Source: Antedon mediterranea
Taxonomy: Eukaryota; Animalia; Echinodermata
Reading direction: 5' to 3'
DNA: 64,000 nucleotides
NCBI RefSeq assembly: GCF_964355755.1
Contig: NC_092678.1
Span: 17,811,365 to 17,875,364 of the forward strand
Shown here: positions 1 through 12,665 of the stretch, piece after piece
Layout: each line of letters begins with the position of its first letter
Position numbering within the stretch: position 1 is the first letter of the stretch
The notes under the pieces: generated by a model
The model's database searches: none
What the model was told of the DNA's origin: nothing
The model's input: the letters and a program-made list of their open reading frames with translations, nothing else
Program-made: the position numbers and the translations under genes

Positions 1-170
1 TCGGTCTGTCGATCTGTCGGTCTGTCTGTCGGTCCGGTATCACTATGCGTTTTATCGCTTTTCTGTACTTTTTGAACTGTTTTGATGTACAGAAAAGTTT
101 TAAAGTACATTACTTTTTGAAAGTTCATTTTTTTCTGAGAGCACGCGACTTATGGCTGTTGGCCTTGTTT
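1..170 (-). mobile_element. Part of a non-autonomous Helentron/DINE-1-like element
   Basis: (TCTG/TCGG)n microsatellite, CCGGTATCACTATGC and GCACGCGACTTATGGCTGTTGGCCTTGTT are shared with copies at 11150-11290 and 55630-56440; family assignment is inferred from this layout. Confidence 0.5.
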
Positions 171-484
171 ATTTTTCAGTTCGATTCTTCCAGGATAGTA
201 TTGTTTTATTTATTTAATCTATAGAAGGTTTAAAATGTTGTTTAATAATTAATGTTAGATGGTATGAGATAAAACAAGAGACAAACTGTACATAGTAACA
301 GGAATGAAATTGAAAATGATTACCACTTTCTGTTAATGTGTTAATACAACTTAAATTTATCGTTTGATTTATTTTGCAAAATACACTAAATTAGGAAAAA
401 CAGATTTTATGTTGTATCCGCTTTAATAATAAAGAAAAAGTCAAAGAATTTGTTATTTGTTAAAAAATGAGAATAAACACTTAC

Positions 485-556
485 AGTGTAACCAATGATG
501 TCAAACCATCAAATGCATTTTCATGCAATGTAGTAATGTTGTTACTACTTAAATCC
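485..556 (-). CDS. CUB-LRR receptor-like gene (left gene), single-LRR exon DLSSNNITTLHENAFDGLTSLVT
   Basis: 72 nt, ttgaag| acceptor and |gtaagt donor, phase 2-2, typical 24-aa extracellular LRR. The gene continues off the left edge. Confidence 0.9.
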
Positions 557-779
557 CTTCAAAATAAAAACATGAATACTTGGTAAAATTAACAGTTCAC
601 GAGTTGGGAAAAATAGTTGCATGTGTGTATGTCAGTGGATGAAATAGTGACTGTAAAATAATGTATCTGTATTGTACTGTTAGTGTGTACAGTATTACCT
701 GTCAGTGAAAATTAAAGAGGGTCGATAATGGTATAAACGTTAACATATTATTAAATTAAAATACAAAGTTTATCGATTG

Positions 780-1440
780 AGTACGTAGAACTAAAGATCC
801 GAAGCCTAGTTGGTCGGAACCTGTTCCGCCAGAGATGGATCCTGATCAAGTTCAAACTATCAAACACGTCACAGGAAGCGTGGACAAAATGTGGAAGACG
901 CGTCAAACTTCGAAGGAAAAAATTCAAACCTCCAATGCCAGCTGTTATTTTTGGTAATGCTCACTCACTCAAAAAAAAGTTTAGTGAATGGGCTGCAAAT
1001 GCCAGTATACCTATTCGAATACAGGGACAGTACTGAAACTTGGCTTAATAAATCTGTTTCGGATTATGGATCATATAATTGTTCTTGGAAGTTGCCCATC
1101 TTCCATTTTACTTGCAAAGGGAATTCTCGCATGTTCTAGTCACCATTATCTGTATACACAAGAAAGCAGACTTCAAAGTAGCTTGTGCTAAAGTCGCTGA
1201 GATAGATAGACACCTAAGCTGCAAATCTACAGATTCAATAAAGTTGTTACTAGGTGATTTCCACAAAGGATCCCATAAAGAGCTTTCAAACGTAATTCCA
1301 CACCTTCATCAACATGTAAACGTTGCTACGAGAAGGCAATATGGAAATGTTAAAAATGCTTATACAGCAAAGAGATGTCCAAGCATTGGGCGGTCAGATC
1401 ACAAAATGATACAACATGATCCCAAGCTATAGTTTACGAA
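780..1440 (+). mobile_element. Decayed non-LTR retrotransposon AP-endonuclease fragment (Rex1/CR1-like)
   Basis: Frameshifted remnants VIFGNAHSL..FEYRDS..TETWL, LLGDF, HQHVNVATR, IGRSDHKMI, which are typical APE motifs. A second copy is at 61180-61480. Confidence 0.6.
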
Positions 1441-2975
1441 CGAAGGAAGCCTCAAAATGAATTATGATACGCACATATCTTAGTGCCTTTAATTATGATA
1501 TTCATTAGGCCTACATTGGCCTGGGTTTACTCACTTTGAACTGTAGTGCTGTTTTTTTTTTATTCTTCAGTTCGATTCTTCCTGTATAGTATTGTTTTAT
1601 TTATTTAATCTATAGAAGGTTTAACCATACGAACGTTAGACTATTGTAAAAAAAAAATGTTCGATAAACTAAATCATTGGATTTTTGTCTAGATTTGGTG
1701 GTTTTTCTTAGGTTTACGAATTAATTTTTTCTTTGGTTAAGGGGGATTGATCGGCTGAATGGGTAATACTTTGTATGATTTAGCTTTGTAATTTATTTGT
1801 TATAGGTATAGTCTCTGGTCTATGTAGCAAGGGCAAATATTCCACCAAATTCAGACTCAACTCAACTGAAATTAAGCAAATATTTTTTAGGAATCAATGT
1901 TAGATGGCGTGAGATATAAAACGAGAAAATAAACTATGTAAAATTTGTAACAGGAATGAAATTGAAGATGATTACCACTTTCTGTTAATGTGTTAATACA
2001 ACTTATTTTTATCGTTTATTTATTTTGCAAAATACACTACATTAGGAAAAAACATATTTTATGTTGTATCCACTTTAATAATAAAGAATAATGTAAAATA
2101 GTGACCGTAAATAAATGTATTCTGTATTGTATTACGTGTATTACTAGATGGTCGATAGCAATAAGAACGTTAAATTATTATTTAAAAAACAATGTAAAGT
2201 TTATTGACAGGTTGTAGATCATTGATTTGGTCGTTTATTTATGCTTACGAATTCATTTTTCCTTTGGTTAAAGGGGGTTGATCGGCTGATGTTAAGATGT
2301 TAATAATTCATATGATTTAGCTTTATAATTTATTTGTTATAGGTAAAGTCTCTGAACCTTGTTGAAATGTAATCTGATGTTTGCTACAATAATTTTAGAA
2401 TTACAGACAATCAATGGTGTAATGATTTATTTGCCGTCTATCACGTGAAAGTATTTCTCCTTCTCTGTGCCTAAGACAGAATGTGAAGGAAAACATCAGT
2501 ATACATTTGCCAAAAAGTGATATAAACGTATAAAGAATACTCGATAAAAATACTTTATAATAATCTCATATAGCGCCGCTACATACTCGCACATTATTTG
2601 TTTAATAATTTAAGCAGATAGTGAAAGATACGAAGCGTTTTTTCTATAAAAGGATCGACGACTGTAACAATAACATCGGTGGATTTAAGAAAAACACTGA
2701 ATACCTGTAATTCAATAAATTACAAACATTAATATAACTTAAAACTTAAAATCATCCACCAAAATACCTTTTTATCTGCTTTAACCATAACGAGTTAATC
2801 AAAGAAGTTGTTATTGTCCACAGCCATACCACCATAACGCTTCACTTTGATTAATACACCCTAACGTACCGTCATTTTACAAGTAAGATTTAACAGTTAA
2901 ATGTATAATTTCACAATTAACATGATTTATTTGAATTTTTACAAGTAAGAAAAAAAAATAAGAAAAAACACTTAC

Positions 2976-3047
2976 AATGTAACCAATGACGGCAAACCAA
3001 CAAATGCATTTTCAGGCAATGTAGAAATGCCGTTAGTGCTTAAATCC
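2976..3047 (-). CDS. Left CUB-LRR gene, single-LRR exon DLSTNGISTLPENAFVGLPSLVT
   Basis: 72 nt, AG/GTAAGT boundaries, phase 2-2; flanking intron is similar to that around 485-556. Confidence 0.9.
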
Positions 3048-4345
3048 CTTCAAAATAAAAACAGTTGGTAAATAACAGTTCACGAGTTGAGGTTGTCTTC
3101 TTTGGGGAAAATAGTTACAGTTTTGTGTGTTTGTCAGTGGATGAAATAGTGACCGTAAGATAATTTATCTGTATTGTACTGTTATTGTATATTACGTGTC
3201 AGTGAAAATTAAAGAGGATCGATAACAGTACAAACGTTATAATATTATTCAATTTAAAATGCAAAGTGTTTTCGATTGAGTACGTTAGGAATAGGTCGTC
3301 AATTTATATGATCGCTAAACACTACAGGAAAAACGTTTCTTAAATGGAGAGATATATCAAACCTTTAATAAATCTTAAAGGCAATTGATCAATAATCAAT
3401 TCCTATACCATAATCAGAAATTTAGCAGCAGCGTTAATAAAAGATAAACGTTTTCTCCAACAATTTTCAAGGAGAGTCAGCTAAAGTTAAGAATACTTTG
3501 TATGATTTAAGCTTTGTACAGTAAGTTATTTGTATAGGTAGCCTCTATAAAAGAGAAAGATAGTGCATATCTGAACTCAAACCAACACAGCTGATTTAAT
3601 CTGAAGGTATACAATAATTGAAGTATAACAAAACAAATAAAGCGAGCAATTTATACAGAAAATCGATGTTATCTGTATAGCAAACAGTGCTCGATGAAAA
3701 GTTTGGCTAGCTCAACTAAAGATTAATAAAACATCTCACACATTGATTCAATGACGTAAGCAAATACTTAACACTGACAAAAGGTAACATGATTTTTTTT
3801 AATTTATGAATAAACCAAGTACCAACATAATATAGATATGTTTTCAAACAAATATTCCTTTTTACTTAATCTTTAAATAAACATTGTACAAAATACAGTT
3901 CGTTACTGTATATCAAATTGATGAACGTAGGAAGTCTCAACATTAATATGATTCGCACAACTTAGTGCCTTAAATTCTAATATTCATTACATTATGTGTA
4001 ACTATATACTATGCTGGGTTTTGAATTGAGGTATTTTCAGTTCGAGTCACCCACGATGGTATTGTTTTATTTATTGTTAGTGTCGATAGTGAGAGGCATT
4101 TTGGAAGCACATTGCTGCACATACCAATCAATACGGAACTTACGTACGGAAACATTCTTAGTTAAATGTGTATGTTTTTGGGGATTATTCTTAATTAGGC
4201 CTACATTAAATAATCCTACTTTTCCATCGTATCATTTTCATTTCTATAATTTGTACCAGTACACTCGTCTTTTATCATAATTCAGCCATTTATGTAGGCC
4301 TACAGATTTCACTTTGCACTAAACAGGTTTTTGGATGATACTTAC

Positions 4346-4481
4346 AAATATGTTATTGGTTGATGATTATTGTAGTTCCTTACTGATTCCTCCTCGGCTG
4401 TAGTAATATAATTCCGACAACTTAAGTAGCTAAATGTACACTCGCATCCAGTTGGACATATCTGTGTTAAAAATAATTTTT
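4346..4481 (-). CDS. Left CUB-LRR gene, LRRNT cap exon (KLFLTQICPTGCECTFSYLSCRNY...PITY)
   Basis: CPxxCxC-x5-C N-cap motif. A poly-T tgtacag| acceptor gives a phase 1 start matching the CUB exon; the |gtaagt donor is phase 2, matching the LRR exons. Confidence 0.8.
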
Positions 4482-6440
4482 CTGTACAAAAAAAATTGTG
4501 AAATTAGCTTTAGTAACTAGTTTAATTCAAATGGACAGTAAAACCCTAAATATAGCAATAGAAATGTATTAACTATGTTTATGATTTAACTATTAATGGT
4601 ATGGTACTTTGCTCTTGAGTAGTATTGGAAGTTTTTTAAAGGTATAGGTGTATCTTTATTCTGGTATTTTTTCTTCAAAGATATCATAAACTCAGCATAT
4701 CATTTTGATACACTAACTGTTGTACATCTGCAATTTTCGATTCGAGGATTTGCCGCACACCGGCTAAATATTTAGTACAAAAAAAAATCTCTTGTTACTT
4801 CAAATGTCTCTCAATGTTTCCAATTAGGTCTGCCGGTGTAATTGGTATAGTCTACAACAACGTTCCGCAACCTTTTTTGACAGCGACCCCATGATCCTAT
4901 TTTGTGAATTTTCGCGACCCAACATTGCGTATTTGATCTTACAGACCCCACTGTGGGGCCTGTGTCAAAGCGAATTTTGTTAAATGACACCCTAGATGGC
5001 TGAAAATGGTACTCTCGCACATAAAAATCATGATAGATGGCACCTCTAGTTAGCCGGAAATGACACTCTAATAATGGCGCGCTCGCAATTGGCAAAACGG
5101 TCGTAGCCTTTTTTTTCCGCCGGTAAACACATTTGCGTTCAATGCTAACGTCAAGGGGTTCTCCCGAACCATAACGATTTCTCCTGGCTAGGGCCTAAAC
5201 AACATTGCTATGAGTGTAATTTGGGATGGACCTGTTTATATTGTTCTTTCTATTATTCTAATGTTCATTGTAAAAATTCCCACCGCCGGTACATCAAAGT
5301 TCGCAGTTTTTCAGTCAAGTTACACACTCCTTTGCAAAGTACAAACAAAATAGCGTCGTAAAACCAGTTGGTATGTTAATAAATCCACCTCCTAAAAGGG
5401 GATTCCTCACTTGTATATTAACAACGAACTATGCGTCAAAAGCGTCCATTGCCCCGTCGTCGATTCCCAATAATGTGTACGCTACGGACTCACTGCGCGT
5501 CAGTACCTGTTGATGTAAAATGTAATCAATGTTGTAGATTCTACAAAACTAAGAATATTTCACATATAGGCCTAGATCAGTGTATAATTGATAACAAATT
5601 TCAGTATCGGAGACAAATTCGCGACCCATATAAATTTTTTTTTGCGACCCAAACATTGGGTCGCGACCCATATGTTGCTCCTTGTCTATCTTCTCCGGAG
5701 TATTGGTTATATAAAGTCGGAGACGTGGTGCAATTATGTTTTGCAATTGAGGATACCAGAGTGATTCATGAATGTGTCGTTTGTAACAATATCGAATTTC
5801 TACCGGGATAAAGTAACTTTGCATTATAGTTATTTGGAAACCTCATACCAGTACGTTTGTGAATGTCTTCCAATTTATCAATTGTTTTTGCAGAGGGTGC
5901 TTTAAGATTTTAGGTTGAACAGGGAGCGTTTGTTTGCCTAATTCTCTGTGTCTAATTATCAATCAAGTAAAGAGCATATACTAGATTATGATTAATTAAT
6001 TAAATATTTTTATTAAAAAAAAAAAATTATTTATTTTTTATATTATTCTTCATTTATCAGACATATAATAGGCCATTATTTAGTTTTAATAAAGTTAATC
6101 AATTCCATAGAAAAGACCGAAATAATAATGTTTCTACTTATAAAAGACAAAATAAACAGATTAATTTCAACACAACCTCATTGAACTGGCAGCGCAGCTA
6201 GTTTGACTATTTCTTTTTCAAGTAAATCCAATTGGTCAATGTGGATAACTCTTATGTGACATTAAAATGGCATATTCAACAAAATATTCAAAAACATTAT
6301 TTTTTCAGGGGATAATATATCTTCAATTCTCATTTTACTTATATTTTCAGGTTAGCCTAAAATGTGAATACTTTCTTGCACCAATTAAATTAAAAAATAA
6401 TATATAAACTATTTTCTAAATTATGTTAACAATCACTTAC

Positions 6441-6782
6441 CCTGTGGAACAATTACTGCTGTAACTGTTGCATTAAATCCTCTCTTTGTTACACTCTCAT
6501 CAGTAGATAAAGAAATCCACATTGTGTTGTTGTTGGAAACTAGAGAATCAAATGCTGAACCTGTAAATCTAACTTTATATTCATTTCCTGAAAATGCTAT
6601 ATTCAAAAAATCAAATGCGTTCTCCAGTTGAAAGTCGTTGAATTCAATACGAATAACCAACTCCGGAGAGGTTGTAACCATCCATTTACACTTGAAATTG
6701 TTGTTGTAATCATTCGGATAATTAGGAGACCAAAATACATATGATGAGTTCTCAGATTCAAGATGAATATCCATGTTACATT
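6441..6782 (-). CDS. Left CUB-LRR gene, CUB domain exon
   Basis: 342 nt, phase 1-1 (ttttgcag| ... G|gtaagt); CUB motifs SPNYPNDY, CKWMV, IEFNDFQLE..FDFL, STDESVTKRGF. Confidence 0.92.
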
Positions 6783-7019
6783 CTGCAAAAAGAGAAATAA
6801 GATAATAATAATACACGGATAAATGTATATAGGCCTACTGATACTATTGTATTAATAGAAAAATAGCGTGATTGATAATTTAGGTAATCACAATATTTTA
6901 TATTTTCAAAATAACCTTAAAGGTAATATATCCGGATAATCCTATACTATCTAATTGTTATTGATGGTTTTAATATGATAGGCCTAATAATGATAATAAT
7001 AATAATGATTATGATATGA

Positions 7020-7296
<277 letters not shown>

Positions 7297-8357
7297 AATA
7301 GTTCATTCTTATAATAGTGCATATATTATCAAGCTCTCAATGCGCTGCACATTATTACCGCGGAAATTGTTTTGGATCATACACGTATAGAAACATACTC
7401 CCATTATTACTAGTTATTTTTACCCATCCATGTGTTTTTATAATATAGTTTTAACAACAATTATTGTCATTTAATCAGGCCGTGCTATATAGTATAAAAT
7501 AGGGTACACATAATACATAAAATTACATTAGATTACAAATGTACAAATAGTAATTAATCAGTAATTGCCACGGCCCAGTTATCCCATTTATAAAAGTGTG
7601 AATTTTATCAATTATTACCTATTGATGAAAAATATTTGATTTCCGTGTATACTTTGGTAAATAAATCGAGTAAGTTTACTACCAGGTGTCCAGTTTTAAC
7701 TGTACACGGAAAGTTAGCACCTACTCTTTCGCCAAAACCTAAACCTGCACATGCGCCAAAGCTTGGTGTACCAGGTCAATACAATTTACCAATAACATAG
7801 CCTTCTTAACTTATGTAAAATTAAATAAACAACAATCGTCTGACTGACTTCATGTTATTGTTTAAACTCATAGTCAAATAATTTTTAGTATGTTATGTAG
7901 AAACAGAATCACAATTGATCAAGAGAGATAAACCATTTGTGTAAAATTGTAGCCAATTATAATTTCCAATGGATTCTCAAATGTTATTGATTTAAAAAGA
8001 CAATTAGTCGGGCAATTGTTGTTTATAATTATGTTCTACAGAATTAACCAGTTTTCTGTAGAAAAGAAATGACGGTTGCTCAAGATAGAAATGATTGTGT
8101 AAAATTGCGGAGAATTAAATTTTTCAATCCACACATTATAAGTTTAAAAAAAAAAATCAGTCGGGCAATTGTTGTTTCTATGTTCTACAGTATTGACCAG
8201 TTTTTTGTAGAAAGAGAATCTCGGTTGGGAATTGCTCAATATAAAAACGATTGTGTAAAATTGTGGAGAATTACGACTTTCAATCAATTCTTATTTAGGC
8301 CTATATTTTTTTTATTTAAAAAGTAAAACAAGTTGAAGTACTTGAACGCATACTCAC

Positions 8358-8418
8358 GACTAGAACAGCTTGAAAACGGTACAACAACCAACAACATGAT
8401 AACGCTAAAGATAAACAT
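8358..8418 (-). CDS. Left CUB-LRR gene, first coding exon, signal peptide MFIFSVIMLLVVVPFSSCSS
   Basis: ATG at 8418, hydrophobic core with small residues at the end; the C|gtgagt donor is phase 1 and joins the CUB exon in frame (Q-C-N-M). Confidence 0.75.
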
Positions 8419-9137
8419 CTTGTTACGTATTTCAGTACTGATTCGTTGACGATTTCCGCAATTCCGTAAGTTCACTCACTCGTATCCGCGAATGAAACTT
8501 ACCTCCGTGATTCTTTCCAACTTATAACACTTGTTTTTGGGGGTCTTCATTAAATTATGATATTGCTGTTAGACAATTTACAACATTGATTAGATAAATT
8601 GTATCACCAGGCCTATACTAAATAAATTATGAGTTTGTTACTGATGTTGCATGTATTATGTTGTTCTACAATAATTTTAACCTTTATAGGATTATACTAA
8701 GATCTGGTTGCGTTGTTCTTCGATCGTGTTGTTAAGTTTGTAAACGTTTAATTGAATTATCAGATATATCCTTTGATTAATTATTTATTTGTTTACAAAC
8801 CGTTGAGAGAAGACTGATACGAGTCCATCTGTTAAAGTCTTCATTTTGCCATTAGTTGTATACATAATGCATATATACATAAACGTATTTCATCGTAATA
8901 TTTATGTTTCAAAGAAGTAATAATTATTAAATCTTCTTATGTGCTTCAGATAAAATATTTATGTTTAACCAAAAGTAGTAAATGTTTGTTTCATTATGTT
9001 CATGTCAAACGCACACATAGTTGTTATTCATATTAGTGGAGTTGATGAATCAAATTATGTCAATACTAAAAATTAACTCCTTTGCTAACGTACTGTTAGA
9101 TAAATTGTTGATAAATAAATCATGATAACAACCTCAT

Positions 9138-9650
9138 TGTTTCTCAATTGAACGCAACGTATGAACGTAGACGCAACGCAAGCGAGCTGACCAATGACAA
9201 GCGACAGTTCGAATAATCCATCGCTTGTGATTGGTCAAATCCCTTACGTTGCGCTAAGCTTAGTTCTCACTTGGACGCATCGTAAGAACGTAGACGCAAC
9301 GCAAGCGAGCAGTTACCAATGACAAGCGACAGTTCGAATAATCCATCGCTTGTGATTGGTCAAATCCCTTACGTTGCGCTAAGCTTAGTTTTCACTTGGA
9401 CGCATCGTAAGAACGTAGACGCAACGCAAGGGAGCAGTGACCAATGACAAGCGACAGTTCGAATAATCTATCGCTTGTGATTGGTCAAATCCCTTACGTT
9501 GCGCTAAGCTTAGTTCTCACTTGGACACATCGTAAGAACGTAGACGCAACGCAAGGGAGCAGTGACCAAAGACAAGCGACAGTTCGAATAATCTATCGCT
9601 TGTGATTGGTCAAATCCCTTACGTTGTGTGTCTAGTGAGAACGAAGTTTA
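9138..9650. repeat. Four tandem ~125-bp copies of a palindromic MITE-derived unit
   Basis: AACGTAGACGCAAC recurs at 9164, 9287, 9412 and 9537; each unit has internal inverted arms GACCAATGACAAGCGA / TCGCTTGTGATTGGTC. Confidence 0.9.
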
Positions 9651-9662
9651 AAATATAGCGTA

Positions 9663-9990
9663 AAGCTTGGTTCCAACTTCATCAACAGACAGTTTACATT
9701 GTTTATGTTCAAGAAGCCAAAGAGGCTTGTCTTTGTAGTCTACAAAATGAAACATGAAACATGAAACATAAAACATAGAAAGACGCATTACAATTACAAA
9801 AAAATGACATTTTGAGACAGAAAAAGAAAAAATACAAAGTTAGATCAACGCAAGGCCGTAACGCAACGCAACGTGATTTGACCAATCTCAAGCGATGGAT
9901 TATTCCAACAGTCGAGTGTGATTGGTCAACTCGCGATCGCTTGCCTTGCGTCTACGTCCTTGCGCTGCGTCCTAGTGGGAACCGAGATTT
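9663..9990. mobile_element. PIF/Harbinger-like MITE of the same family as the adjacent tandem array
   Basis: Imperfect termini AAGCTTGGTTCC... / ...AGTGGGAACCGAGAT in TAA/TTA context; related pieces at about 34530-34880 and 38500-38660. Confidence 0.5.
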
Positions 9991-10634
9991 AAGGCTGTGT
10001 TTCCCCCGCAGCGTAAAACAAATGATCAGTCAACCAAACAGATGATTAAAGCAAAAATAAAGTGCGCATGAACAGTCATTACCGGACACAAGTGTCCAAT
10101 CACAACGCAACAATGTGTATTTTATGTAAAAAAGTATCGCATTTATCCGAAATATCTGATTTTTCAGGAACTTTATCGGTTAATTTGTATCGATAAATAT
10201 CTTATTTAATTTAATTATATCTTAATTATCTTATCCTATTTTTCCTATTTTGATATTTCAATGTAAATGTCATTGTATGCCTATTATTAACTGTAGTTTA
10301 GCGCGTCTCGCTGACCTGGTTTAATGTTTTTAATATCAAAACATCAACAATTGCAGGGAAGGACCATAGGTAAACCCGATTGTTTACATTTTATTTTCTG
10401 AATTATGTTATTCTGTAGAAATATGTTTTAAATAAATGAAATAAAAACGTTTTAAAAGTTTATTCAATATTGCCGTTATGCGCCGCCAACAACATTTATT
10501 ATTTATTTTTAAAGAAAGTTTGTGATTTCTTGTCGACAATAGAGGGCCTCCCATATAAACTGTGATGGCGACGCCCATGAAACTAATAAAGGTCTTTCAG
10601 TTCGCCGAATGATTGTTGTAAATAAACAACAACA

Positions 10635-10805
10635 ATGTTTCGAGCTTTGTATGACTATCAAAGTAAAGATGGGAAGTCTATGAACTTTCAGAAAGGGCAA
10701 CGGTTTACCTTGCTTGACAAAAGCAACGGTCATTGGTGGCAAGTTATGTCCGATCAGTCCGGTACGGTAGGATACGTACCGGCGAATTATGTCACAAAAG
10801 ATGAG
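10635..10805 (+). CDS. NCKIPSD: NCK-interacting protein with SH3 domain (SPIN90/WISH/DIP1), coding exon 1, SH3 domain
   Basis: MFRALYDY...HWW...GYVPANYV is an N-terminal SH3 domain resembling human MYRALYAF...HWW...GYVPPAYL; 171 nt, GAG|gtaagg donor, phase 0. Confidence 0.93.
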
Positions 10806-11149
10806 GTAAGGACGGTCTGTTCTCGCGCAGTATGATGGATGGATGGAAGTGGGATGTGTTTGGCCTAGCTAGCTAGCCTAGCTACTTGAAGATCTATAGG
10901 CCTAGGTCTAAAGAAATTGGCTAAGAATCTAGACCAGGGAGAGAAGTGACTGCCCTGCTGCATCATAGCCTAGCTAGCCTAGGCCTTCTTTCTCTATTTA
11001 TCAAACATTTAATCACATGGATGGAAATTGAAACACAGCATGCTTGCGATGTAGGGGAGGGCCTATCTAGGCCTAGGCGGCCAGGCTAGACGATCATGTA
11101 AAAACCGTAAAATATAACGAAAATGATTAGGCCTAGATCAGTGGTAGGT

Positions 11150-11290
11150 TTTTAGTCGCGTGGACGCGACTCTATAGTTCACTATGTCGGTTGTTCTGTC
11201 TGTCGGTCGGTCAGTTTGTCTGTCGGTATGTCTGCCGGTCCGGTATCACTATGCATTGTAGCACGCGACTTAATGACTTGGCCTTGTTTA
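11150..11290 (-). mobile_element. Short Helentron/DINE-1-like element
   Basis: Terminal hairpin TAGTCGCGTGGACGCGACT, (TCTG/TCGG)n tract; same family as 55630-56440. Confidence 0.55.
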
Positions 11291-11325
11291 TAAAAAAAGG
11301 ATCCGGCACATCTTCTATAATCTTA

Positions 11326-11926
11326 ATGCACTTGTCAATTGTATGACCCACTATACGACCTCCGGGCGAGGTGTGTCATTTGTCCAAAGTATGCACCCGT
11401 GTGTAAAAAATATGTATTACCTTTAGGTGACCATGACGCACTGTGACCATGTTGTTTATTATATGGTGGGTGGTAATTGACATTGACATTGACACACCAT
11501 TGTTCATTGATATGATGTACCATCTAGGTTTTTTGATGCACCCTTGAGTCAATAATTATTTGTAAATGACGCACTTCTCCTGGGGGTCGTATAGTGGGTC
11601 ATTTTGACAATGACAAATGTGCATAATTTAAAGCCTATATCACTTGTCAATTGTATGACCCACTCTATGACCCCCCCCCCCCCCCCACACACACACATTT
11701 GTCTGATGTGCGTCATTTAACATATTAAGAACATTACCTTGTTGGTTATAATATAGTGGGTGAGTGGTAGAGTGACATACATTGAAAATACCATTGTTTA
11801 TTGATGTAACCTACCATTTAAGTTTTTTGTTGCACCCCTGCGTCAATAATTATTTGTAAATGATGCACCCATGACGCACCTCTCCCGGGAGTCGTATTGT
11901 GAGTCATTCAATTGAAAAGGTGCATT
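11326..11926. mobile_element. Two adjacent ~290-bp MITE copies with terminal inverted repeats
   Basis: CACTTGTCAATTGTATGACCCAC starts at about 11330 and 11641; each copy ends in the imperfect complement (GTCGTATAGTGGGTCATT...TGCAT). Confidence 0.6.
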
Positions 11927-12039
11927 ACACAAAATGTAATGTTCGTAATTATGGTATATTGTAGGTGCACGCCTACTAAAAGCATTTAGTATTAATAAAT
12001 GTTATTATTTTATATTTCAATTTTATACAAATTTTTTAA

Positions 12040-12665
12040 AGACCCCTTCCCTGCAATTTTGGACGTTTTTTGGAAAATAATACATACATATTACTTTAAA
12101 AACATTAAACCATGTCATTCCTTGTCTTAAATGTACGTTTTATGGTAAATTATGATAAAAAGTGAGAAACAATGCACTACCTAAGTAGCTCGCGGCGATC
12201 GACTTCTCGTGGACGGTCTTAGGCCTAGCCTAGCTAGACTTAGTTTTGTAGGCCTAGCTGGTAAACATCGATAACGTACGAACATCGTACGCTAGCTATA
12301 TACCTAGCCTGACGTTGTATAGTTGCTGCATTAATTGTCTTTCTATTTTTGCCAGACTCCGTTGATACAAATTGGGGAAAACCCGGTATTTTCGCTGAAA
12401 AGTTAGGAGTCTTCCATTTGTTTTGGCTTCACGATCGATCGAAAAGTGGGCGAATTACAGGTGAAAAACAAAAATATCAATCCGCGCGCAATGCATTTTG
12501 GGATTTATAGCGGGCCGCTATAATTATAAGAATCGATTTATTTTTCACATTTTTAACCGTTTAAAGACGAAAAAAGTTATCGCAATAGGACCATATAGTA
12601 TTATTTTTACATTAAATATAGTTTGTGATCTTAAATTAGATCTAAAAAACGTAGGGAATGGGGCT
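12040..12665. mobile_element. Kolobok-like non-autonomous DNA element
   Basis: TTAA flanks with termini AGACCCCTTCCCT... / ...AGGGAATGGGGCT; partial second copy at about 23015-23230. Confidence 0.55.

Noticed and set aside
4718-4763. Candidate 46-nt Cys-containing exon (RCAANPRIENCRCTT) between CUB and LRRNT
   Set aside because: Phase is incompatible with the CUB donor, and CUB joins LRRNT in frame without it.
4811-5960. Several short ORFs in a more GC-balanced intron segment
   Set aside because: No recognisable domain and stops in all plausible frames; probably a decayed element (GGGTCGCGACCC MITE-like pieces), which I could not classify.
8503-8565. Open 63-nt AG/GT-bounded segment that might link the right LRR gene to the left gene
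   Set aside because: Phase 0-0 does not fit the phase 1 CUB exon and it has no recognisable motif; at most a 5' UTR exon.
9138-9650. Possible CRISPR-like array
   Set aside because: Whole units are repeated with no unique spacers, no cas genes, and the context is eukaryotic.
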